A stretch of 63,488 nucleotides of DNA, counting the filler, from Octopus bimaculoides (Eukaryota): NCBI RefSeq assembly GCF_001194135.2. It is 3 parts of 3 records of this genome, joined end to end, with 100 filler letters (N's around TTAATTAATTAA, not from the genome) between each part and the next. Parts side by side here need not be neighbours in the genome. Positions count along the whole stretch, not along the records: positions 30,225 to 58,933 come from NC_068983.1; positions 59,034 to 63,488 come from NC_068981.1; 1 more part is not named here. The stretch is one strand, 5' to 3'. Within the stretch, counting starts at the first letter, position 1. Each line of letters begins with the position of its first letter. The position numbers were made by a program, and so were the translations under genes. The notes beneath the pieces are model-generated. The model searched no databases, was not told where the DNA came from, and saw nothing but the letters and a program-made list of their open reading frames with translations. Below, one piece after another: positions 52,067 to 63,488 of this stretch.

Positions 52067-52398
52067 CGATCTGTTAGCTTGACCCAGGACGCAACTGGTA
52101 TCTAATTTATCGTCTCCGAGAGGATGAAAGGCAAGGTCGACCACGGCGGAATTTGAACTCAGAACGTAGCGACGGGCGAAATACTTATTTCTTTATTTCC
52201 CACAAGAGGCTAAACACAGAGGGGACAAAGAAGGACAGACAAAGGGATTAAGTCGATTACATCGACCCCAGTGCGTAACTGGTACTTAATTTATCGACCC
52301 CGAAAGGATGAAAGGCAAAATCTACCTCGACGGAATTTGAACTCAGAACATAACAGCAGACGAAATACCGCTAGGCATTTCGCCCGGTGTGCTAACGA
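52067..52398 (-). mobile_element. SINE family C head-to-tail multimer (cut by gap)
   Basis: Same tail 1 linker at 52185-52260. Confidence 0.8.
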
Positions 52399-52938
52399 TT
52401 CTGCCAGCTCGCTGCCTCAAAGGAAGAAGAGTAAAATGAGGAAAATTGAAAGAAAAGACACACTCACTAAAACATCAAAGTTACCCGTAAATTAAAATTT
52501 TTATTGATTGCGGACAAAATCTAAAGTTCTTATCTTTAATATTATAACATCGTAATCACTTAATCTAAATTCTTGCCAGATTCGTTATTTTTGCGGGTTT
52601 GCAGTCGTTCCGGTCCTGAGTTCAAATCCCTCCGAACTTCATTTCACCGTTCATGCTTCAGAGGGTCGCTAAGTAATGAGTTCGTTTTAATCACTTATAT
52701 TCCTTTCTCCGTGTTTGAGGCTGTCAGAGGAGTGTTGTTGACAGACTGTGTCATGAATTGTCACAAGTAAATTACGGTGTTCCGTCAATGCTGTTATAGT
52801 TAATGACTGAAAATATATTTCTTGGTTATGTGAAGAAGTAACGGAACAACATCTACAAACATTTAGCAAAAGAATTTATTGTCACACATGAAAGCTTCTT
52901 AGGCCTTTTATAGTTTAAAAAAAACAGCAATACTTAGA

Positions 52939-53140
52939 TACTGGGAGAAAGATACTGCTCTGAGATTGCAGAAAGTTGTTGGTACGGCAACATGTGGTTT
53001 ACCCAACATATCTGAAAACAATTGTGCTTTCTTCGCGATGAAGGACATTCCTGGTCATCCATTTGCGCCAACTGTCTTAGACACTTTTATTGATCATCTA
53101 GCTGAGCCGTCTCACTGGGTGATCTGGTAGAGCCATCTTG
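52939..53140 (+). mobile_element. Possible Rex1/Babar-like LINE post-RT remnant
   Basis: LRLQKVVGTATCGLPNISE...KDIPGHP loosely fits the LQRVV.TA...LP.I...KD..HP pattern. Confidence 0.3.
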
Positions 53141-53420
53141 CGCTGCAAGAAAGGAGACATATATCACTCAGCTACCTAGGTATTCTGCATGGCAAGAGGT
53201 GGACCAGTACCAGATGCTTGATCCTGAGTAAAACTTTAAAATGCATCCGGTTGTGGGGCTTTGGTACTGGGATTCCAGAGTTTTGAGGAGTGTAGAATCA
53301 CTTCGTAGCGACTATTATTCTCAGCACTACTCTGACTCGGAGTAGTAACAACAGTTAGTGTCCCAGCTATGGGTTAACCAGCATATGTACTACCAACTAC
53401 AAACCCAAACTACGTCTGCT

Positions 53421-53835
53421 CCGATTATCGGCAGTCCGATAATCGGTGGTTCGATAATCGGTGGTTCGATAATCGGTGGTTCGATAATCGGCGGTGCGAT
53501 AATCGGCGGTTCGATAATCGGCGGTTCGATAATCGGCGGTTCGATAATCGGTGGTTCGATAATCGGTGGTTCGATAATCGGCGGTCCGATAATCGGCAGT
53601 TCGATAATTGACGGTCCGATAATCGGTGGTTCGATAATCGGTGGTTCGATAATCGGCGGTGCGATAATCGGCAGTTCGATAATAGGATGTCCGATAATCG
53701 GCGGTGCAATAATCGGCGGTGCGATAATCGGAGGTACGATAATCGGCAGTCCGATAATCGGACCGACGGTTCGATGAACGGCAGTCCGATAATCGACTGT
53801 TCGATAATCGGATCGGCGGCCCGATAATCGGCGGT
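53421..53835. repeat. 27-unit 15-bp tandem array, consensus TCGATAATCGGCGGT
   Basis: Counted by eye. Two units are 20 bp and the first unit core is inverted. Confidence 0.95.
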
Positions 53836-54594
53836 GACTTAGTCTGCGAATCCTCTTGCGACAGACGACAATCGACGGCAAGATGAGCTGTTACTGATCA
53901 CACTGTCCTAAAGTGTGTATGCATGTGACCGGGGACCGCATGTGAACTTGTATCCCCGCTGGAATTCCGAACATGAACTCCATACCAAAACAACGAATGA
54001 AGTCTACTTTACGGCGTCCACGTTATCCGTTGCGCTCGCTCTCCCAGTAGGGCATTTGTCAAATCTGCAAGCTGGAGTTTTGGGCCGCTTTATATAGCGT
54101 ACAATAGACCGATCAAGTGAAGCTATTGTGGTTCGGTCGTGGTTAGGTTTCGAATTTCCGCTACAAGGCTTTGTCCGTGTTGATTTTTGAAATCAGTATA
54201 ACTTCTCAAATCACTTGCCGGACCAGTACAAGTTTTTATAATTTGCTACTACAGAAGATTTTTGAACTGAATTAATTATATAAACAATATGAACGATAAA
54301 ATCATTCGATTTTATTGAAATATTTATAACAAAATCAGATATATCGAATGCAATCATTTCAAATATGTTTCCTATTAGTAGACATACCATCATGTCTCAA
54401 TATTGTATTGAAGTAATATATAACACTGTGGAGGGGTTTTTTGTGTTCGTTTCAGCTTTTGGCGCAATAACAAACTAATATAGCTAACGAATTAGAGTCC
54501 CCGTCTATTGTCATTGATGAAGGAATCACACCAAAATGCTTTTGATTACTTGTTTATTCCAAACCTTCCGAGGAACAATTTTCGGCGCGGTTTT

Positions 54595-54812
54595 AAGGCG
54601 GGGAGCTGACAGAAACGTTTGCACGCCGGGCGAAATACTTAGCGGTATTTCGTCTGTCTTTATGTTCTGAGTTCAAATTCCACCGAGGTCGACTTTGACT
54701 TTCATCATTTCGGGGTCGTTAAATTAAGTACCAGTTGCATACTGGAGTCGATCTAATCGAATGGCCCCCTCCCCCAAAATTTCGAGCCTTGTCCCTAGAG
54801 TAGAAAAGAATA
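54595..54812 (+). mobile_element. SINE family C monomer (tail 2)
   Basis: A-box-like GGGAGCTGACAGAAACG and B-box GAGTTCAAATTCC. Confidence 0.85.
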
Positions 54813-55949
54813 TTCGGTGCGGTTTTGGAATAGCAATCCTCCCGAAACTCCTTTATCTCATGAGAACACGAAAACAGAAATTATTATTTGTTCTTAAATA
54901 TTCCTATATTTCACGTAACAGAAATTACAATTCTGAAATAAATATTTTTCTGGAAATTTCATACATATTAAAAAAATTTTTTTATTATTTTTTCAGGCTC
55001 ATTTCAAAGCTGTTTTGATTCTCATGAATTCCGCCTAATATTTTTGGTACAACAATGAAAAAACGATTAGTCTAAAACTAATCTTGTGGAGAGGCGTGGT
55101 CTGCGGCAACAGATATCAGGCACCTAATCTGAATCTCTGCCAGTTTTTGAATGGAGATGCTTGTCTGTCAGGGCAGAAGATGTAATAAGAATAAATCTCG
55201 AAAACAGGCAATTTCTTTGTTGTCGTTTCATATGATCACGCAACCAAAATTCGAAAACATTTCGTCTTCCAGTTCCCATTCCTAACATTGTTTACAATTT
55301 TACTTTGATACTTTTCCATATTCATTCAAATAAACTAACAAATGTTCTCCTTTATTTTTTGAAATTAGTTACTGCTTCTACTAATAAACGTCTTCTCTTC
55401 AACAATGTTGAAGCTTAATAAGTTAAAATAAAATGGAGTTGTGAAATGAATGAGGTAATCGAAGATAATAACCTATTTTGAAGTATTTATTGATTCGATT
55501 CTGTTGCTCACGAGAGCAATATATATATTCCTCATTACTGTGGGGCGGGAGTAGTTTTGTTAGTTTACCGGCATATTGCATGAAAGCGTGATATACTTCG
55601 GGTCTGTTCTCAACAAAAATTCGATGGTATTTCGTTTTCCAGGACCTAATATTCTTTACTGATTTCTTTTGATGGGATGAGCGGACGCAGGTGAGAAATA
55701 ACTTATTTAGAATGAGTAAAGGAAAGGAAAAACACACACACACACACGAAGTATTATAACATTGAACCAGTGATTGTCAACCATTTTACAACCATTTTTG
55801 TCCCTCGTCCCATATCGATAGCCCTAAAAAGATGTAACCCTACCATGAACGAACAAAATATTTAGCATATATTGCTCAACAGAGATTTTTTTTTATCAAA
55901 GCTTAGTTGCAATTTTTTTTTCTTTATATTTCCTTGTTACTTCTAAGAT

Positions 55950-56326
55950 GTGGAGGCGCAATGGCCCAGTGTTTAGGGCAGCGGACTCGCGGTCATAGGA
56001 TCGCGGTTTCGCTTCCCCCGGGCGTTGTGAGTGTTTATTGAGCGAAAACACCTAAAGCTTCACGAGGCTTGGCAGGGGATGGTGGCGAACCCTGCTGTAC
56101 TCTTCCACCACAACTTTCTTTCACTCTTACTTCCTGTTTCTGTTGTGGCTGTAATTCAAAGGGTCAGCCTTGTCACACTGTATCACTCTGAATATCCCCG
56201 AGAACTGTGTTAAGGGTACATGTGCTTGTGGAGTGCTCAGCCACTTGCACGTTAATTTCACGTGCAGGCTGTTCCGTTGATCGGATCAACTGGAACCCTC
56301 GACATCGTAAGCGACGGAGTGCCAAC
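55950..56326 (+). mobile_element. SINE family B, full length
   Basis: Homology to other copies. Confidence 0.85.
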
Positions 56327-56621
56327 TTCTCCGATAAACTACTCTTCACAAAAATATTGGCATACCCAAATGGTAGGATATTTGTCATACCTTGAGAAAA
56401 CATCTGAGTAGAGAATAAGAACTTAAGATAAACTCAAACAAAATTATTAACTATCGATATTAACTGAATGATGACTATCAAAGTATGTGATGTTAAATGG
56501 AAAATTATAATCGATAACCAATCAGGTACACAAATATTCAGCTGATCGATTATTATATTTTTACTGGAGAATCGGTGATGAGAAGTTTATCAATGATTAA
56601 TATAATAATTAATATTAACTT

Positions 56622-56800
56622 AGTGAGCTGGCTGAATTGTTTGCGCACTGGACAAAATGCTTCGCAACAATGGTTCCAGCATAATAATGTCGACTTTGTT
56701 TTTCATCCTTTCAGGGTGGATAAAAAAAGTACCAGTTGAGCACTGGACTTGATGTAATCGACTAGACCTTCTCTCACCAAATTTCAGGTCAAGTTCCTAT
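56622..56800 (+). mobile_element. Degenerate family C SINE
   Basis: GTGAGCTGGCTGAATTG head and TTTCATCCTTTCAGGG body. Confidence 0.6.
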
Positions 56801-56834
56801 AATAGAAAAAAAAAAAATCAACCAGCTTTTTCTT

Positions 56835-57283
56835 TTCCACTCTAGGCACAAGGCCCGAAATTTTTGGGGAGGGGACCAGTCGATTAGATCGACCCCAGTA
56901 TGCAACTGGCACTTAATTTATCGACCCCGAAAGGATGAAAGGCAAAGTCGACTTCGGCGGAATTTGAACTCAGAACATAAAGACAGACGAAATACCGCTA
57001 AGCATTTCGCCCGGCGTACTAACGTTTCTTATTTTTTTACTACCCACAAAGGGCTACACACAGATGGGACAAACAAGGACAGACAAAGGGATTAAGTCGA
57101 TTACATCGACCACAGTGCGTAACTGGTACTTGATTTATCGACCCCGAAAGGATGAAAGGCAAAGTCGACCTCGGTGGAATTTGAACTTAGAACGTAACGG
57201 CAGACGAAATACCGCTAAGCATTTCGCCCGGCGTACTAACGTTTCTTATTTTTTTACTACCCACAAAGGGCTACACACAGATG
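56835..57283 (-). mobile_element. SINE family C tandem multimer (at least 3 units, 217-bp period, cut by gap)
   Basis: Identical junction AACGTTTCTTATTTTTTTACTACCCACAAAGGG at 57021 and 57238. Confidence 0.85.
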
Positions 57284-58166
57284 NNNNNNNNNNNNNNNNN
57301 NNNNNNNNNNNNNNNNNNNNNNNNNNNNNNNNNNNNNNNNNNNNNNNNNNNNNNNNNNNNNNNNNNNNNNNNNNNNNNNNNNNNNNNNNNNNNNNNNNNN
57401 NNNNNNNNNNNNNNNNNNNNNNNNNNNNNNNNNNNNNNNNNNNNNNNNNNNNNNNNNNNNNNNNNNNNNNNNNNNNNNNNNNNNNNNNNNNNNNNNNNNN
57501 NNNNNNNNNNNNNNNNNNNNNNNNNNNNNNNNNNNNNNNNNCTGAAACACATACAAAATAAAAAAAATACAAATCAAGAATGAAAAAAAACATCTTAAAA
57601 ACATCGTAAAAATAACTTCAGCAATAAAAAAGTGGGTGGTGGTGGTAGTGGTGAAGGAGGAAGAATTTGAAAAAAAAAAAAAAATCAAATTTTGAAATAG
57701 AAATCTCCCACGTCTTAAACGTATAAACCCGAAGAAATATCGGGGTGGCGAGGGTTACAGGTAGATAAATGTTACGCGTACACTACGATCGTTTATTTTC
57801 TAATTATCCCCCACACCCACCTCTCTCCCTCTCTGTAAACACACCTATATATATATGTAATACATTTCTTTACTCTTTCTACGTGAAGACTAAAAAGGTT
57901 TAAGGATTAGCTGTAGAAGCCCGTATGTCACTAATCCCGATAGCTTGTGTTGTTGTTATTAACCAGTTTAATCGTTCATTTTAGTCGTTGGACGAATTAA
58001 TTAAGCAAGCAGACTACCTTGCATATTATTTTTGTTTCTCGTTTGGAAGAAAATACTCAAGTGTTCTATTAAGGTTTTTTACCTTTCCGATGTCTTAAGG
58101 TACACTTTTGATAACAACTATGTCTGATGGTTATTACCAGAGTGCTGCCCCGAGAACCGCACGAAA

Positions 58167-58177
58167 AAAAGAGTAGC

Positions 58178-58213
<36 letters not shown>

Positions 58214-58505
58214 CATTGTTGTTGTTGTTTATATCATCATCTCATCCTCGTTGTTATGTCGGATGCTTTGATATTGTATTTATTGTTATCAATGACATTT
58301 TTTGACAATTTCTCTTCCCCCGTCCCTTAATGTAAACCCTCTCCTATTCGTAATTCTGACTATTTCTCTCTTCGTCTGTTACCTACCTATCGGACGTACG
58401 TAATCAGTTAGAAAATTATGTAGTCTCGTAATCGCTTTGACGGCCCGTGAACGGAGGTTATCAATTATTTAACAGAATAGTAGTAATAGTAGCAGCAGCG
58501 TGATT

Positions 58506-58539
<34 letters not shown>

Positions 58540-58600
58540 CTCTGTCTATCTATCTATCTGTCTATCTATCTATCTCTCTGTCTATCTGCCTGCCTGCACG
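58167..58600. repeat. (TAT)n and (CTAT)n microsatellites
   Basis: Direct inspection. Confidence 0.85.
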
Positions 58601-58872
58601 TGTTGATGTATGTATGTATACACATGAGAAATGGAGGGGAAAGAAACTAGTTGTCAAAGAAAATCTTATGGATGTTATAGGTTACAGAAAGTACCTACAG
58701 ACCCACTTAGACACAGAATCACAGAGAAGGACATTAATGTAGTAACACTTACCCACGAGCTTGTATTCAAACAACCATATTTTGGGCAGTATATACATAC
58801 ATATATTCGCACTCAAGACAACACAAAGGCAAGCACATATATATATATGTATGTGTGTGTCGGTATATACAT

Positions 58873-58933
<61 letters not shown>

Positions 58934-59094
58934 NNNNNNNNNNNNNNNNNNNNNNNNNNNNNNNNNNNNNNNNNNNNTTAATTAATTAANNNNNNNNNNN
59001 NNNNNNNNNNNNNNNNNNNNNNNNNNNNNNNNNATTTCTAAAATTTTTTTTGCTGCCCTATAATTTATTAATATATATATATATACATATATAT

Positions 59095-59131
59095 TCTTTC
59101 TGTTGAAGAGCGTAGCTCGAAACGTTAAAGA
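59095..59131 (+). ncRNA. Minimal type I hammerhead-ribozyme-like motif at the 5' end of a family D unit (59091-59222)
   Basis: TCTTT-CTGTTGA-A-GAGC gta GCTC-GAAAC-GTT-AAAGA: 5-bp stem I, 4-bp stem II, palindromic ACGT stem III, one core change (A6 to U). Confidence 0.55.
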
Positions 59132-59228
59132 CTTTCTCTATTTCCGAGCGTTAAACTAATACATCCTTTTGTTGTTTACACTACCTGTCCTCGTCTGTTG
59201 TTGTTTTTTTCGTAAATTCTCCCCCCCC

Positions 59229-59267
<39 letters not shown>

Positions 59268-59269
<2 letters not shown>

Positions 59270-59412
59270 TTTCTACTATAGGCACAAGGCCTGAAATTTT
59301 GAAGTGAGGGGTTAAGTCGATTACATCGACTCCAATACATGTCTGGTACTTATTTAATTGACCCCGAAAGGATGAAAGGCAAAGTCTACCTCGGCGGAAT
59401 TTGAACTTAGAA
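59268..59412 (-). mobile_element. SINE family C 3' portion
   Basis: Homology to other copies. Confidence 0.75.
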
Positions 59413-60065
59413 CATATATATGTAGTTATACATACATATAAATAGATAGATAGATAGATATGATATATACACTCTGGTATATCCACTGATCCACTGATTC
59501 CCATTAATATTTCATTCTCTGTGAATATCACGGAATAGAACATTCTGCAATAGTGCCGCCATTCTATCTTATTCTCGTTTCTATGTTTGTTTAGTTCTAC
59601 AGAAATATGCGATCCTTTTATAAGTTGTCGTCTGATCAACAACCACGACTGCTGCAATCATACGAACGCGTCCGTTTTATAATCGAGATTCACTCTCAAA
59701 TTGGCCTTTTCAAACCTAGAATCCTTATGATGATAATCCATCTTCGACATGGTGAAACTAATTAGTCTTGAAATATTTTGATGTCCATATTGATATCTGT
59801 TATCAGATACATATCTTTATGTCACTAGATGTCTAAATATAAATTTGCATTGAGTTCTTTTATATCAAACGCTTGGGAATATACACTTCGGTGTGTGTAC
59901 CGATTGATATTAATGCATACAACATACAGACACACATACACACGTAAATATATACATATATTAATATCAATCGGACCATATAACGATGTATGTTTGTGTA
60001 TATCTGTGTACAAATGTACATACGTACATCCATCACATCAATCCATCGATCCAACAATACATGCT

Positions 60066-60099
<34 letters not shown>

Positions 60100-61096
60100 N
60101 NNNNNNNNNNNNNNNNNNNNNNNNNNNNNNNNNNNNNNNNNNNNNNNNNNNNNNNNNNNNNNNNNNNNNNNNNNNNNNNNNNNNNNNNNNNNNNNNNNNN
60201 NNNNNNNNNNNNNNNNNNNNNNNNNNNNNNNNNNNNNNNNNNNNNNNNNNNNNNNNNNNNNNNNNNNNNNNNNNNNNNNNNNNNNNNNNNNNNNNNNNNN
60301 NNNNNNNNNNNNNNNNNNNNNNNNNNNNNNNNNNNNNNNNNNNNNNNNNNNNNNNNNNNNNNNNNNNNNNNNNNNNNNNNNNNNNNNNNNNNNNNNNNNN
60401 NNNNNNNNNNNNNNNNNNNNNNNNNNNNNNNNNNNNNNNNNNNNNNNNNNNNNNNNNNNNNNNNNNNNNNNNNNNNNNNNNNNNNNNNNNNNNNNNNNNN
60501 NNNNNNNNNNNNNNNNNNNNNNNNNNNNNNNNNNNNNNNNNNNNNNNNNNNNNNNNNNNNATATATATATATATATACACATATACACATACATATGAAT
60601 TATCACAGAATTCGGTTCTGCACGTATAAGTGTAAATTACTACTGTAGGGTATCAATGACTTCAGAGATCCATTGATGCCCAGGGCGTTGAATATATAAT
60701 TATTCTCTCTCAAAGTGTATCAGGATTATATCCTAAAATAAGTTTGCGGGATATAAAAGCAAAACTGCTCAAAAAATCTCAGTTGAGCATGTGAAAATAA
60801 TGTATGTAGACTAACTGAATGAAGGCATGCATACACGCACACACACGCACACACATATATTTACATGTATACGTTCGTACATATGAGTAAGGGAACGAAA
60901 GATAGTAGCACCTAACACATTTCATTAGTGCATTTAAGTATTGAAGTAAAGGTTGTTGGAACCACAATATAGTGCAAGATTCGTGGGCGCAGAAGACGTC
61001 CATAGAATCAGATGTGGGCATGTACTGTGCCCGTGAAACGTCAAGTAACGGCATCGTGAAAAGTCTGAATCACCCTGTTATTAGATACATACATAC

Positions 61097-61147
<51 letters not shown>

Positions 61148-61148
<1 letters not shown>

Positions 61149-61283
61149 GGCGGCGGGCTGGCAGAAGCGCTAGCATGCCGGGCGAAATGCTTAGCGGTGT
61201 TTCGTCTGTCTTTAAGTTCTAAGTTCTAATTCTGACCGGCCCTCTCCCCCAAAATTTCGGGCCTTGTGCCTAGAGTAGAAAAC
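61148..61283 (+). mobile_element. SINE family C with an internal deletion
   Basis: Head joined directly to tail 2. Confidence 0.75.
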
Positions 61284-61564
61284 AAGTATATGTGTGTGTG
61301 TGTGAATGAGTGAGTGAGTGAGTGAGTGAGTGAGTGAGTGAGAGAGAGAGAGAGAGAAAGAGAAAGAGAGAGAAAGTGTGTGTGTGTGTGCGCGTACGTA
61401 TGATGAACTCTCTCGTCGTTAGACGACGTATGAGGGTTCGACAATTTATCGAACAACCACACACGCATAATTTGTTTACAGTGATCAAATGTTGATGTAA
61501 ACATAAGCTCACTTTCTCCATCAAATCGACATTACCTGTACAGGTGCAACTGTATGCCACATGT

Positions 61565-61695
61565 CAGATGACGAAATGATCGCAGAGAAACGGGAAATGA
61601 AAGGGTTTGCTCATGAGCACAATGCAACGCCCGGTCTGGGAACCGAACCCACAATCTCGCAATCGTAAGTGCAACACCTTAACCACTGAGCCATG
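61565..61695 (-). mobile_element. tRNA-type SINE head fragment
   Basis: Minus strand ATGGCTCAGTGGTTAAGGTG...GGGTTCGGTTCCCAGACC. Confidence 0.6.
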
Positions 61696-62188
61696 TGTGT
61701 GTGTGTGTGTGTGTATATATGTATGTATGTATGCATGCATGTATGTATGTATGTATATATATTTATGTATGTATATGCGTACATACATAGCCAATATTTA
61801 TGCATAGATATATAAATATTGGGTATATAAGCATATGTGTGTCTATGTGTGTCTATGTGTGTCTGTGTGTCTGGGTATGTATGCGTAGATAAGGCTAAAA
61901 TCCAAAGTGTGTCCTTTTGAATCTCACCTGCTTTTTCTAGAATTATAATCCAGTTTGTAGTTATATTTGTGTGAGGTACATATTAGAGTTGAACATTTTG
62001 GAATTATTGTTTGCTGACTTATTGTATCTGAAAACGGGAAGTTGGAAAAACCTATTTGCACCATTATATATGTTTCATTTTCTAATAGGAATTACAAAAT
62101 TGTACATGCTGGATAGTTACGTAAAAAAATTCGTATTAGATATTCTTCAAGCAGAGAATCAAATAATATTTATTTGATTCTGTGAAAC

Positions 62189-62298
62189 TTTTGGTGTTTT
62201 CGCTCAATAAACACTCACAAGGCCCGGTCTTGGAATCGAAACCGCGATCCTCCGACCGCGAGTCCGCTGCCCTAACCACTGGGCCATTGCGCCTCCAC
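62189..62298 (-). mobile_element. SINE family B 5' head only
   Basis: Homology to other copies. Confidence 0.8.
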
Positions 62299-62639
62299 GT
62301 AAGTTTTACTCGATCTTTTATTGACTCTTCCAATCCTGAAACCTGTACATGAAACGTGTGTTAAGTATCAACGTACGAAAGGTAGTTCAGGAAATTATCT
62401 GGCAAGCAGACTAGAATCTGAGGCGATTAAAAAGTTCAGTAAGACGTACATAGACATATATAAACGCATTTTGAGAAAGAGTGGGATGCAGCCTCGGTCT
62501 GGTGTCATTGGTATCGTGATGGTTCGGCAAATGACAGGATTACGTGGTTTGAATAATAATGGCGGTCGATTTGTTGTTGTAGCACATATATATATATGTG
62601 GGTACAATGGTAATAACATATGAGTGTGAGCGTATAAAC

Positions 62640-62780
62640 ATAGGTATACATGCACATTTGTATGTATGTATATATGTGTGTATGTATGTATGTATGTATG
62701 TATGTATGTATGTATGTATGCATGTACCTATGTATGCAGTGTGTGTGTGTATATATATATATATATACACACATATATGT

Positions 62781-62830
<50 letters not shown>

Positions 62831-63405
62831 TTATATATTCATATATATATGTGCATATATATTTGTATATATGTATATATACAGACACATACATGAATAT
62901 ACGTATACGTATACATGTAAACACACACACATAAGTATGTAGGTATGTATACATATATATATACGCACACACACGTACACATATCATAATGTAAAACTTG
63001 TAAAGTATAATGAAAACTACTTTACATAGAGCAAACATTATCTGATGTAAAACTCAATACATTGGGTAGAGGAGATAGATATGTTTATTACATCAAATAA
63101 TGACAGTCTATTATGTGTTTCGCATCATAACGGGGTAGATTAAACTGTATGGAGTTCATATAAAATTGGTTAACCTAAGATGGGCATGAGTGGATAGGGT
63201 GTTAAGTGTCTCTGAAAACTAATTTAAAGATGTAGATTTATATTAGAAATTATTGATAAATCATATGTATGCATGAATGGGTTGGATACTCCTCAGTTCT
63301 ACTCCTGTTTTGCATTATCAACGGATTTAACTGGAGTTATTAGAGGAGTGTAGATTTTAGAGGTGATGACTTCTGTTCTGGTTCATACCACAGGCAGGGC
63401 GTAAT

Positions 63406-63488
<83 letters not shown>
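62640..63488. repeat. TA/TATG/CA microsatellite-rich end of window
   Basis: Direct inspection (62640-62980 and 63408-63488). Confidence 0.85.

Noticed and set aside
61009-61042. Hammerhead-like CAGATGT-GGGCA..TGCCC-GT-GAAACGTC
   Set aside because: Two core mismatches, a 2-nt insertion and no stem I pairing.
61941-62177. Open frame after a CTAG acceptor as the partner of the 55690 donor
   Set aside because: The open frame is phase 0, the phase-2 reading stops after about 10 codons, and there are no GT92 motifs.

Overview
AT-rich, gappy animal genomic DNA dense in microsatellites. It is most consistent with an octopus draft assembly (inferred from repeat content, not verified). Most ORFs in the supplied track are artefacts of simple repeats or N-runs. 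One convincing host gene is present on the + strand: a type II membrane glycosyltransferase of family GT92/DUF23. I propose its real model is join(31154..31167,39426..40887), 491 aa starting MRRSKFYALVIAL, not the 508-aa ORF. The rest is a mosaic of transposable elements: at least three abundant tRNA-type SINE families, R4/Dong-like, HERO-like and L1/Tx1 LINE remnants, a Penelope-like fragment, a decayed hAT transposase and several MITEs. I found no firm evidence of a wholly new system. The best leads are (1) a dispersed, often (TA)n-embedded repeat carrying a minimal hammerhead-ribozyme fold, (2) a 226-bp fold-back palindrome made inside one SINE, (3) recurrent head-to-tail SINE multimers, (4) a roughly 560-bp non-coding element tied to (TAA)n and Dong LINEs, (5) a 27-unit 15-bp array headed by a perfect hairpin, and (6) a second start-codon micro-exon with the same architecture as the GT92 first coding exon. 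All calls are by eye with no database searches.
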